NCBI GenBank assembly: GCA_038209745.1
Contig: JBBQXJ010000053.1
Location: 1-32,866 of the forward strand
Source: Verrucomicrobiota bacterium
GTDB lineage: Bacteria > Verrucomicrobiota > Verrucomicrobiia > Limisphaerales > CANJSG01
Direction of reading: 5' to 3'
Length of the DNA stretch: 32,866 nucleotides
The notes under the pieces are model-generated. The model worked only from the letters and a program-made list of their open reading frames with translations, was not told the DNA's origin and did not search any database. Positions 8,857-17,167 of this stretch are shown one piece after another. The translations under genes were made by a program, and so were the position numbers. The stretch's first letter is position 1. Every line of letters starts with the position of its first letter.

Positions 8857-8912
8857 GCGCGTGCTGGGTCTGGTTGCTTCTCCGGTCAGGACACGGCTGC
8901 GCCGGATTGGTT

Positions 8913-9257
8913 TCAGGATTCGTCGACCGCCTTCACCGTCAACGGGCCGTCGAAGACCGTGATGCCGACGACCTCGGTGCGCGCGAAATGCGGTCCATGG
9001 GGTTGGCCCTTGGGTGCGTGGAAGAAGGTGCCGGGCCCATGGACCTTGCCGGCCTCCTCCCATTCGCCGCTCAGGATATAGACCGACTCGTTGGCCTCGG
9101 GATGGATGTGGGCCGGGACGGTCACGCCGGCGTGGAATTTGCGCAGCACGGTCGAACCACCGGTGTTGGGATCTTTGTGCAAGACAAGCAGCTCGACGCC
9201 GGGATAGGGGCCGGGCCGCCATTGGCCTGATTCGACGGAAGTGATGTATGGAAACAT
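8913..9257 (-). CDS. Cupin-domain protein (ChrR-like cupin)
   Basis: VLRKFHAGVTVPAHIHPEANESVYILSGEW...GPGTFFHAPKGQPHGPH (HxH...E...H metal motif). Start placed at ATG 9257. Confidence 0.85.
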   Translation of the reverse strand: MFPYITSVESGQWRPGPYPGVELLVLHKDPNTGGSTVLRKFHAGVTVPAHIHPEANESVYILSGEWEEAGKVHGPGTFFHAPKGQPHGPHFARTEVVGITVFDGPLTVKAVDES

Positions 9258-9307
9258 GGCTGGTGAGAGAATCATCCTTCCGACATTCAAACGACGCAAC
9301 GTCGCCC

Positions 9308-9678
9308 ATGAACCGCCGCGGGACTGTCACTGCGTCCATCGCCGTGGCCTTTCTGATCGGGGGGCCGTTTTACTGGCTGCACCTCCGTCATCGGGCTGAA
9401 GAGCAACGTTATCAGGCCCCGGTCCGGGAACTGGTGGAGCAGGGCAACTGATCGCGACCGACCGACCGCCGGTTCCCGATACGAAGGCGGAACAAGAGGA
9501 GATTGATCGGCTGACGGACCGGATCGGCGAAAACGGGAACCCGTTGCTCTACTCGTTGGGGATGGACGGCGTGGACAACGGCGGCGTGGGCGACACGGTG
9601 AACGGCTGGCAGAACTCCCCCGATTGGCCGTGGCCGAAGCTCGTCACTCCCAAAGCAGGGGCTGCTGACGATCGGTAG
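9308..9678 (+). pseudogene. Frameshifted, internally collapsed remnant of a membrane-anchored protein with a C-terminal LLYSxGxDGxDNGG motif
   Basis: Frame +2 gives MNRRGTVTASIAVAFLIGGPFYWLHLRHRAEEQRYQAPVRELVEQG. Frame +1 continues LIATDRPPVPDTKAEQEEIDRLTDRIGENGNPLLYSLGMDGVDNGGVGDTVNGWQNSPDWPWPKLVTPKAGAADDR*. Confidence 0.55.
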
Positions 9679-10789
9679 GAAGTTCCAAGCGGAAGACGGC
9701 CCCGCGATCGGCCTGATAAAGGCAACGAATCGAGCCCCCGTGCTCGGTGAGGACTCGGCGGCAGATGGCCAGTCCGAGACCGGTGCCCTTGGTCTTGCCG
9801 TGGGTGAAGAACGGCTCGAAGACCTGTTCGATCCGTTCGATGGCGATTCCGGGTCCGGAGTCTTCGATCTCCATCACCACGCGGTCTTCCATCGTTTCAA
9901 ACCGGAAGCCCACCCGGCCTCCCAGCGGGAGCACGTCGGCGGCGTTGTGCAGGAGGTTGAGGAAGGCCTGTTCGAGGCGGCTCGGGTCCAATTGCAGGGT
10001 GACGGCGGGAGGAAGGTTTTCGAACTCCAGGACGAGGCGGCGCGACTTGAAGTCCACGCGGAATTCCTCGAGCCGCTTGTGGATGTAGTCGGCGAAGTTG
10101 ACGGGATGGAGCTCCAGCACGGGCCGTTGGCCGCGACTGATGGCCAGCATCTCTTCCGTCATCATCGCGACGCGGCGGGCCTGGCGGACGAGCTGGACCG
10201 AGATCTGCCGGCGGAGTTCGGGAAGCAGGTCGCCTTCGGCCAGCAGCTCCGCGCCCATGACGATGCCCGCGAGGGGATTCTTCAGGTCGTGGGCGAACGA
10301 CTGGCTGAAGCGGCCGAGGATGCCGATGCGTTCCGCCGCCATGACCTCGTCCAGGATCTGGCGGTTGGTGGCGCGCATCCGTTGGCTGAATTCCCGGAGC
10401 ATGTCGAAGACGATCAACGGCGAGTTGCCCAACAGCTCGATGACATCGCACAGGGGGATGAAGGAGACGATGCTCTCCGTCTCGGCGGTGGCGGTGGCGG
10501 AGCGGGGTTCGTTGTCGAGCAGCGCCATTTCGCCGAAGTAGTCGCCGGACAGAACCCGGCTGATGACCCGGCCCTGTCCATGTTCCAAGCGGGTGGTCAG
10601 GACGACCCGGCCGCGCTCGACGAGGAACACTCCGTCGCCGGAATCGCCTTCCTCAAAGACGGTGGAGCCCGCCGAAACCCGCCGGATGAGGCTGGTCTTC
10701 TGGAGCTTGAGCAGCTCCGAGGCGAACCGTGAACGGGACGGTCTTCCTTCGATGCACCCTTTGGCGAAACTGGGATCCGAGATATCCAT
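9644..10789 (-). CDS. Cytoplasmic histidine kinase with N-terminal cyclic-nucleotide-binding domain
   Basis: cNMP domain VFEEGDSGDGVFLVERGRV...GDYFGEMALLDNEPRSATATA; HisKA FAHDLKNPLAGI; HATPase NLLHNAAD, EDSGPGI, FEPFFT, GTGLGL. No TM helix. Confidence 0.92.
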   Translation of the reverse strand: MDISDPSFAKGCIEGRPSRSRFASELLKLQKTSLIRRVSAGSTVFEEGDSGDGVFLVERGRVVLTTRLEHGQGRVISRVLSGDYFGEMALLDNEPRSATATAETESIVSFIPLCDVIELLGNSPLIVFDMLREFSQRMRATNRQILDEVMAAERIGILGRFSQSFAHDLKNPLAGIVMGAELLAEGDLLPELRRQISVQLVRQARRVAMMTEEMLAISRGQRPVLELHPVNFADYIHKRLEEFRVDFKSRRLVLEFENLPPAVTLQLDPSRLEQAFLNLLHNAADVLPLGGRVGFRFETMEDRVVMEIEDSGPGIAIERIEQVFEPFFTHGKTKGTGLGLAICRRVLTEHGGSIRCLYQADRGAVFRLELPTDRQQPLLWE

Positions 10790-10894
10790 TTGGCGATGAC
10801 TAAACCGGGGAATTGAGTGGAATCGAGGGGAACCCGCAACTGTTTGCCCGAAATATGTGGCGGAGCGATCGGCGCCCTCGGCGCCGTCGTTTGC

Positions 10895-11083
10895 TCAATC
10901 CCGACGGAGCGGCATCACGAACCAGAGGACCAGATAAACGATGATCCCGGGAAAGGCCACGCTGGCGATCGAGACGATCACATAGAGCAACCGAACCAAG
11001 GTCGGCGACCAGCCGAGCCACTCGGCGAGACCGCCGCAGACGCCGGCGATCCAACGGTGGTTGCTGGAGCGGTGGAGAGGCAT
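10895..11083 (-). CDS. PspC domain-containing protein
   Basis: LHRSSNHRWIAGVCGGLAEWLGWSPTLVRLLYV...IIVYLVLWFVMP is the classic PspC pattern. Confidence 0.92.
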   Translation of the reverse strand: MPLHRSSNHRWIAGVCGGLAEWLGWSPTLVRLLYVIVSIASVAFPGIIVYLVLWFVMPLRRD

Positions 11084-11095
11084 CGCGCCGGTTTG

Positions 11096-11326
11096 TCAGG
11101 AGAATCGGCGGCTACCCCGGTCACTGGCGAAGAAGTAGACGATGGATCCGATGCAGTTGACGAAGATGAGGACCAGAACCCAGACGAGCTTTTGATTGTC
11201 GGTCAGGTCTTTCCTCCGGAGGCACTCGACCAGCATCCAGATCCAGAAGGCGAAGGCGAGGAGGCTGATCGCGCCGCCGAAGAGCATGGCGAGCAGACTG
11301 ACGATGGCGGGAGTGGCTGATTCCAT
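11096..11326 (-). CDS. PLDc_N (phospholipase D-nuclease N-terminal) domain small membrane protein
   Basis: FWIWMLVECLRRKDLTDNQKLVWVLVLIFVNCIGSIVYFF. Confidence 0.85.
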   Translation of the reverse strand: MESATPAIVSLLAMLFGGAISLLAFAFWIWMLVECLRRKDLTDNQKLVWVLVLIFVNCIGSIVYFFASDRGSRRFS

Positions 11327-11453
11327 GGTATCAGCGGGTTGAAGCTCGGTCGATCATACGGGAAGCACACCGCAAATGGATCCAGCACGACAACTGCATT
11401 TCTCCTTCGAATTTGTAAACGGCGGATCGCCCATGGAACGGGTGGGACTGACA

Positions 11454-11480
11454 TGAAGAAGCCGGCCCGAAGGCCGGCTT
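11454..11480 (-). terminator. Probable rho-independent terminator of the polysaccharide locus
   Basis: Minus strand AAGCCGGCC-TTCG-GGCCGGCTT-CTTCA: 9-bp stem with a UUCG tetraloop and a U-rich tail, 31 nt after the wcaI-like stop. Confidence 0.75.
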
Positions 11481-11511
11481 GTCGCTGGGAAATCTCGGGA
11501 TGCTTCTCCGA

Positions 11512-12732
11512 TCAGCGGACCAGCCGAGTGATCCGGGAGACGAAAGCGGCGTGGACCTCGTCGAATTTGAACCGCTGGACGTAGCTCCGGCCATTGGAAC
11601 CAAGGGTCGCGAGCCCGCTCGGATCGGCGGCCAAGCGGTCGAGCAACGCCGCGAGTTGCTCGGGAGAGTCGGGGGGGCTGTTGTGGCCGAAGGCGCCTTC
11701 CTGCTGGGCGAGCACGAGTTCACTTCCCTCATCGGCCACGGTCACGACCGCTTTGCCAGCGGCCAAGCTGCTCAGGAGCTTGCTCGGAAAAAAGAATCCG
11801 CCGGAGCCCGCCTGCTGGGTGATGAGGCTGACGTCGGCCTCGGCCAGCATCTCCGCGTAGTGCTCCCTGGGTTGGAGCGGAAGCAGGGACACGTTCGTCA
11901 GCTTCCCGTTGCGAATGCGGTCTTCGAGCTTCACCCGGTCCGCGCCGTCGCCACAGATGACGATGCGCACCTTCGAATTCTCAACGAGGGGCGCGGCGTC
12001 GAGCAGAATCCCGAGACCTTGTTTCACACCGAGATTGCCGGAATAGACCGCGAGAAACGAATCGGATCCAAAACCGTTCCGCGCGCGGAAACCGCCGGTC
12101 GATTTGGGCGGTTCAGCGCCGTCGAGCGCCACGCCGTTGTAGAAGAGATAGGTCTTCTCCGCAGGCACGCCCTTGCGTCGAAACGCCTGGATCATGCCGT
12201 GGCTGATGCCGGAGACGAGAGCGGCCTTTTTGTAGGCCAATCCTTCCAGCCAATAGAGCGCGCGGGTGAGCAGGCTGGGCTTCAACATGCCGAGGCCGAC
12301 GGCGGCGTCGGGCTGGAGATCCTGCACGTGGAAGACGAACGGGGCGCGTTTGATCCGGGTCAGCACCCAGGCGGCGAATCCTTGAAGAAGAGGCGGCGAA
12401 GCGACCACGTAGACGTCGGCTCGCGGCAGGAAGAGGAGACGGAGAAAGGAGAACGTGACGTAGGTGGCCTCGTGCAGGATCCGTTTGATCGGGTTCGGTT
12501 TGGACGGGACGTAGTGCCAGCACCGATGGACGGGCACGCCGTCGATCAGGTCGGTGCGGTAGAGCCGGCCGGCGTCTTCCGGGAGCTTCTTCCATGCGGG
12601 ATAGTAGCAGAAGGTCGTCACCATCCGCACGGCGTGACCGTGGTCCTTCAGGTAGCGGCAGAGGGCGGCATTGTAGGGCGCAATACCCGTCACCTCGGGT
12701 GCGTAGTTGATGCCCCAGACGGTGACTTTCAT
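11512..12732 (-). CDS. wcaI: WcaI-family glycosyltransferase (GT4)
   Basis: MKVTVWGINYAPEVTGIAPYN, YYPAWK, HVQDLQPDAA, YSGNLGVKQGL, FPSKL. Family-level call. Confidence 0.88.
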   Translation of the reverse strand: MKVTVWGINYAPEVTGIAPYNAALCRYLKDHGHAVRMVTTFCYYPAWKKLPEDAGRLYRTDLIDGVPVHRCWHYVPSKPNPIKRILHEATYVTFSFLRLLFLPRADVYVVASPPLLQGFAAWVLTRIKRAPFVFHVQDLQPDAAVGLGMLKPSLLTRALYWLEGLAYKKAALVSGISHGMIQAFRRKGVPAEKTYLFYNGVALDGAEPPKSTGGFRARNGFGSDSFLAVYSGNLGVKQGLGILLDAAPLVENSKVRIVICGDGADRVKLEDRIRNGKLTNVSLLPLQPREHYAEMLAEADVSLITQQAGSGGFFFPSKLLSSLAAGKAVVTVADEGSELVLAQQEGAFGHNSPPDSPEQLAALLDRLAADPSGLATLGSNGRSYVQRFKFDEVHAAFVSRITRLVR

Positions 12733-13583
12733 GGCTTGGAAGCGGCCTGCTTCTTCAGTTCATGGGTTTTCGCCACGCAGAGGAATTCATAGAAGGCGTG
12801 GAGCCGCGCGAAATAGTAGCCGGCGGTGCCGTCGAGAAAGCCTCTCTGGAAAAGATAGACGAAGAGGAATCTCTGGAGCGGCCGGAACGGGAGCTTCTGG
12901 GAAAGCTGCTTCAGCTTGCGGCGCAGGCCGACTTCCCTGTTCTGGAGTTGATGGCTGCTGCCCTTCAAATGGCGGTCGAGGGCGACCCGGGCCTCCCAGT
13001 TGGAGTAGCGGTTGTGCTTCTCCACGAACACGTCGACGGAAGGGAACGCGTAGTGGTCCATCTCGGATTTGAGGCGGCCGGTCTCGCCCTGCACGATCAC
13101 GTGCTCATGCACCTCGTTGTCGCCGCTGGCGGTGTCGACATCGGTCAGTTTCTCGTAGCGGCCGAGGCGATGTCGGAAGAGGCGGAGATTCCAGTTCGGG
13201 TAGTAGGAGTGCTTCAGCCACTGGCCCATGAACATGAACCGGCGATTGATCCACCAGCCGTTCGGTCCGCCGGACGCGGTGACGACACGGCGAAACTCTT
13301 CGGCGCTCTCCGGCGGCATGACCTCGTCGGCGTCGAGGATGAAGACCCATTCATGTTTGAAGGGGAGGTTCTCCAGCGACCAGTTCTTCTTCTTCGGCCA
13401 GGTGCCGTTGAAAGGGAACTGGACGACCTTGGCTCCGTGCCCTTCGGCGATCTGTTGCGACCCGTCGACGCTGTTGGAATCGACGACGAAGATCTCGTCC
13501 GCCCAGGCGACCGCCGCGAGGCAACGGGTCAGGTTTTTGGCCTCGTTCTTGATCGGGATGAGGAGGGAAACGGGAACCTTCAT
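12729..13583 (-). CDS. Glycosyltransferase family 2 (WaaE/beta-1,4-glucosyltransferase-like)
   Basis: VSLLIPIKNEAKNL, VVDSNSVDG, EWVFILDADE, EVHEH, VEKHNRYS, RGFLDG. ATGA overlap with wcaI. Confidence 0.92.
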   Translation of the reverse strand: MKVPVSLLIPIKNEAKNLTRCLAAVAWADEIFVVDSNSVDGSQQIAEGHGAKVVQFPFNGTWPKKKNWSLENLPFKHEWVFILDADEVMPPESAEEFRRVVTASGGPNGWWINRRFMFMGQWLKHSYYPNWNLRLFRHRLGRYEKLTDVDTASGDNEVHEHVIVQGETGRLKSEMDHYAFPSVDVFVEKHNRYSNWEARVALDRHLKGSSHQLQNREVGLRRKLKQLSQKLPFRPLQRFLFVYLFQRGFLDGTAGYYFARLHAFYEFLCVAKTHELKKQAASKP

Positions 13584-13593
13584 GAAATTTTAA

Positions 13594-13625
13594 ACGGCCC
13601 GATTTTAAATTCAAAATCGGGCCGT
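13594..13625. promoter_or_regulatory. Perfect 13-bp intergenic hairpin inside the operon
   Basis: ACGGCCCGATTTT-aaattc-AAAATCGGGCCGT, filling most of the wcaF/GT2 spacer. Confidence 0.7.
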
Positions 13626-14185
13626 CATGGCCGCCAGTTGCGGGGTTTGAGCGGCTTGCACGGATGTCCCGCGCAGACCATCCAAGCGGGCACATCCCTG
13701 GTCACGACGGAGCGAGCGCCGATGACGGCGCCCTCGCCGATGGCGATGCCGGGTTGAATGAAGCACTCGGCCGCCAACCACGCGTAGGCCCCGACATGAA
13801 TCGGTTTGGCGAAGAGAGGAAAACCTCCATCCTCGTAGTCGTGGCTACCGGAGCAGAGATGCGCACCCTGCGAGACGACGGTGCGCTTTCCGAGGGTGAT
13901 CTTGGCCTGGGTGTAGAGAATGGCGCCGTTGGCGATTCCGACGTCCTCCGCACATTCCAGATTCCACGGGGCCCAGATAGTCGCTCCGGGATAGATGTGG
14001 CAGCCGCGACCGATCTTCGCTCCGAAGAGCCGCAGCAGGAAACAACGCCAGCCATGCACGGGACGCGGGCTCCAGCGAAAGAGCGTCGCCTGCACGAAAC
14101 CCCAGCCGAGCCGAGCCAACCGGTTGCCCAGAGAGAAGCTGGGTCCAGCATGGGCGTCGCTGCTGGCTCGATAGGAGTAGCTCAT
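13625..14185 (-). CDS. wcaF: WcaF-family hexapeptide-repeat O-acetyltransferase
   Basis: LFRWSPRPVHGWRCFLLRLFGAKIG, IWAPWNL, VVSQGAHLCSGSHDY, GARSVVTRDVP. Start at ATG 14185, 1 nt after the upstream stop. Family-level call. Confidence 0.9.
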   Translation of the reverse strand: MSYSYRASSDAHAGPSFSLGNRLARLGWGFVQATLFRWSPRPVHGWRCFLLRLFGAKIGRGCHIYPGATIWAPWNLECAEDVGIANGAILYTQAKITLGKRTVVSQGAHLCSGSHDYEDGGFPLFAKPIHVGAYAWLAAECFIQPGIAIGEGAVIGARSVVTRDVPAWMVCAGHPCKPLKPRNWRP

Positions 14186-14186
14186 T

Positions 14187-15362
14187 TCAGACGAAGGGAG
14201 CGGTCGCTCCACGGATGGCGTTCACCAGCGACCCGGCGGCCTGGGCGATGGTGAATCTTTGTGCAAAGGAACCGCGGGCCAAGAGGCTCATTTTTTCACG
14301 AGCCCGGGTCTCCAGCGCCTGCCAGGACTCGACCAACCGGGAAACCCCCTCGGCGGTGTCGGGGGCGACCAGACCGGAGCCGTCGGACTGGATTTCGCGC
14401 CAGATGTTGACCTTGTCGCTGATCAACACGGGTCGTCCGCAGGCCAGTGCTTCGACCACGGCGATGCCGAAGTTTTCCTGATGGCTCGGCAGGATGAAGG
14501 CTTCGCAGGCGTTGAGCGCTCCCCATTTCGCGTCGCCTTCCAGCATGGGCAACCAAGTGACCTGCGCCGCCAGCCCCAGCTCCGCGGCGAGTCGCTTCAA
14601 TCCGTCGAGATAAGCAGGCTCGGCGCACGGACCCGCGATCGCCAAATGCGGCGGAGTCTTTCCGGCCTTGAGCTGGGCGCTCCAAGCTTGAAGCAGGAGA
14701 TCGACGCCTTTCTTTTGATGGATCCGGCTCAGGAAGAGCAGAAAGGTCTTGGCGGCAAGTTCGGGATGCGTTTGCAGGAAGACCCCCTTGCATCGTTCGC
14801 CGTCGGGCGGCGGGGTGGCGGAGCCGTAGTTCACGACCGCCTCTCGGCACGCATAGGGGCGGAAGGGCTCGCGGGCCAGTCGACGCTCCTCGTCGCAGGT
14901 GAAGAGAACGCGCGTCGCATCACGGATGACGCGATGTTCGACGAGCTTCCAGTAGACGGTGTTTCGCAGCGCCTTGAGTGGCCGGGCCTTTTGGAACCAA
15001 GGATCGAGCATCCCGTGGGGATAGACAAAGTAGGGAGTGGTCGAGGGTTGGCGGAAGGCCTGCCAGACGGCGTAGCTCGGATGAAGCCAGAGACCGTGCA
15101 TGACGACCGCATCAAAGCGGGAACCGTTCGTTCGAAGCCACGGGACGAGCTCTTTCGAGCGGGCCCAGGAACTTTGTGCCGGTCCAAGAGCGTGGACCTT
15201 GGCCTGCGGCACGGAGTCGAGCCATCCAGCGGCGGGCGCATCCACGCAGGCGATCTCGGTCTGGACGCCCATGCTGGCCAAGACGGGCGTCACCGCCCGG
15301 ATGCCGGCGATGGGGCCACCCTGGGTGGGATTGACCGAGGCGATGACGCGGAGGAGACGCAC
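14187..15362 (-). CDS. Glycosyltransferase family 4
   Basis: HGMLDPW, FLSRIHQKKGVDLL, PSHQENFGIAVVEALACG. Confidence 0.93.
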   Translation of the reverse strand: MRLLRVIASVNPTQGGPIAGIRAVTPVLASMGVQTEIACVDAPAAGWLDSVPQAKVHALGPAQSSWARSKELVPWLRTNGSRFDAVVMHGLWLHPSYAVWQAFRQPSTTPYFVYPHGMLDPWFQKARPLKALRNTVYWKLVEHRVIRDATRVLFTCDEERRLAREPFRPYACREAVVNYGSATPPPDGERCKGVFLQTHPELAAKTFLLFLSRIHQKKGVDLLLQAWSAQLKAGKTPPHLAIAGPCAEPAYLDGLKRLAAELGLAAQVTWLPMLEGDAKWGALNACEAFILPSHQENFGIAVVEALACGRPVLISDKVNIWREIQSDGSGLVAPDTAEGVSRLVESWQALETRAREKMSLLARGSFAQRFTIAQAAGSLVNAIRGATAPFV

Positions 15363-15374
15363 GGTGAGGCGGGG

Positions 15375-16040
15375 TCAGTAGACGAATTGGTCGGTCCGCT
15401 GGAAATACTTCCAGTCGGCCGGCAACGGCTTGATCGGCCGGGCGGGCACGCCGGCATAGAGGTGCAGCGGCTCGGAATAGGCCTTGTTCAAGAGTGATTT
15501 CGCGCCGAGCACCGAGCGGTCGGGCAGGGAACTGCCTCCGAGCAGGACGCAGTTCGTGCCGATGAAGCAGTAGGCCCCGATGCGGACGGGCTCGGACGAT
15601 TGACGGCAGTGTTCGAGATCGATGCTGTGGGTGAGGATCTGCGACGCGAAGCCGGCGAGGGTCGTGAATTCTCCGATCGTCACCGAATGGGTGCAGTCCA
15701 CCAGGTGGCGGTTGGTGATGGCGGCGTGGCGTTCCAGGATAAATTCGGGCCTTCGATCCGGTTGATGGGCGAAGTGCTTCGATGGGCCGGCGGGAAATCC
15801 GGTGATCCAGTTCCCGCGGCCGATGGAAGCGCGTTCATCGAGCCGGAGCAGTGAGAGGCTCTTGCAGAGCGTCATGTGGCCGATCCGGCTTCCGGGCCCC
15901 ATGACCAGCTTCCGCGGAAAGATCCACGCGAGTCCGATCCGCGCCGTAGGATCGATCTCGAACTTCCAGAACCTGGCCAGACACCATCGCTTGAGCCCCC
16001 ACGGGAGAAGGACGACCAGGGTGGCGAATAATCGTTTCAT
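15375..16040 (-). CDS. Hexapeptide-repeat (left-handed beta-helix) acyltransferase
   Basis: IDPTARIG, VTIGEFTTLAG, ILTHSID, VRIGAYCFIGTNCVLLGG, YAGVPARPIK. Confidence 0.88.
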   Translation of the reverse strand: MKRLFATLVVLLPWGLKRWCLARFWKFEIDPTARIGLAWIFPRKLVMGPGSRIGHMTLCKSLSLLRLDERASIGRGNWITGFPAGPSKHFAHQPDRRPEFILERHAAITNRHLVDCTHSVTIGEFTTLAGFASQILTHSIDLEHCRQSSEPVRIGAYCFIGTNCVLLGGSSLPDRSVLGAKSLLNKAYSEPLHLYAGVPARPIKPLPADWKYFQRTDQFVY

Positions 16041-17167
16041 GGGGCGGCGAGGATGCGGCGGTAGATTTCGACGTGCCCGTCGATCATCCGGTCCGTGGTG
16101 AGCCGGGCGGCATTGGCCAGGCCTCGGTTTCGCAGGTCTTCGCGGACGGCGGGATCGAGGAGCTTCAGCAGGCTTTCCGCGAAGCCGGTTTCATCCGCGA
16201 TGTCGTGGACGAACGCGGCGCCGCCGGCGACTTCGGGGATGGAGGTCCGGTCGCTGCATACGACCGGGCAGCCACAGACCTGGGCCTCCAGCACCGGCCA
16301 GCCAAAGCCTTCGGCCCTGCTTGGAAACAGCAGGGCGTGGGCGACGCCGTAGAGCGCTTCGAGGACTTCGTTGGAGATGTTTTCCAGTTCGACCACCCGA
16401 TCGGCGACGCCGAGGGAAACGGCCAGCTGCTTCTGCGGTGCCGAAAGTTTTTTACCGGCAAAAACGAGGGGTCCGGGAAATCGGTCGGCCAGCTTCTGGA
16501 AGATGCGGAGGCAGCCGTCCCGGTTTTTGCGCGGAAGACTCGATCCCACATTCAGGATGAACGGTGTGTCGCGTCGAAGCGGGAGATTCGCCAGCCGAGG
16601 CCAGGCCTCGTCCGGGGCAAGGACCCGATACGGCGTGTTTTGGCCGAGATGGACCACGTCGAGCCGGCCCTCGAACCGGGGCGCCAGGGTTCGGAAGTCA
16701 TTCGCCGTGGAGTGGGACACGCACACGACATTCCGGGATGACGCGAGGCTGTTGAGGATCCATTTCTGCAGCAGCTTTCCGGTGCGGCTGGCGGGGCAGT
16801 GGGCCTCGGGATCGCCCAACGCGCCGCGCACGGCGAGAAGATCGTGGCAGGTCACCAGATGGCGATCGTGCGGCAGCGAACGCAGATACATGGCGTTCGA
16901 ATGGTCGCAGACGTGGAAGAGCGTGTCCGGTGGCGACGCCTTGGAGATCCGTCGGAGTTCCCGCGGAAAAAGCAGGAACTTGTCGGCGTAGGCGAGCCAT
17001 TTTCCGAGGCCGCCCTGGACGGCTCGGTTCGCCGCGATTCTCGCTGGTGGAACGATCGTGCGGGTCGGGATTGTCCGCCGATTCAGCTCCGTATCCAGGC
17101 ATTGGGCGAAGCGCGCCATGCTCTGTTGCCGGTCTGCCGGATAGTTGCCGATCAGGACGACGTTCAC
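16037..17167 (-). CDS. Glycosyltransferase family 4 (mannosyltransferase-like subgroup)
   Basis: VTCHDLL, ILNVGSSLPRKN, FPSRAEGFGWPVLEAQVCG, TSIPEVAG. GTG start overlapping the upstream stop. Confidence 0.93.
   Translation of the reverse strand: MNVVLIGNYPADRQQSMARFAQCLDTELNRRTIPTRTIVPPARIAANRAVQGGLGKWLAYADKFLLFPRELRRISKASPPDTLFHVCDHSNAMYLRSLPHDRHLVTCHDLLAVRGALGDPEAHCPASRTGKLLQKWILNSLASSRNVVCVSHSTANDFRTLAPRFEGRLDVVHLGQNTPYRVLAPDEAWPRLANLPLRRDTPFILNVGSSLPRKNRDGCLRIFQKLADRFPGPLVFAGKKLSAPQKQLAVSLGVADRVVELENISNEVLEALYGVAHALLFPSRAEGFGWPVLEAQVCGCPVVCSDRTSIPEVAGGAAFVHDIADETGFAESLLKLLDPAVREDLRNRGLANAARLTTDRMIDGHVEIYRRILAAP

Noticed and set aside
8857..9339. 161-aa extension of the 7654-9339 ORF
   Set aside because: It overlaps the cupin gene out of frame, and the Tat signal marks 8856 as the start.
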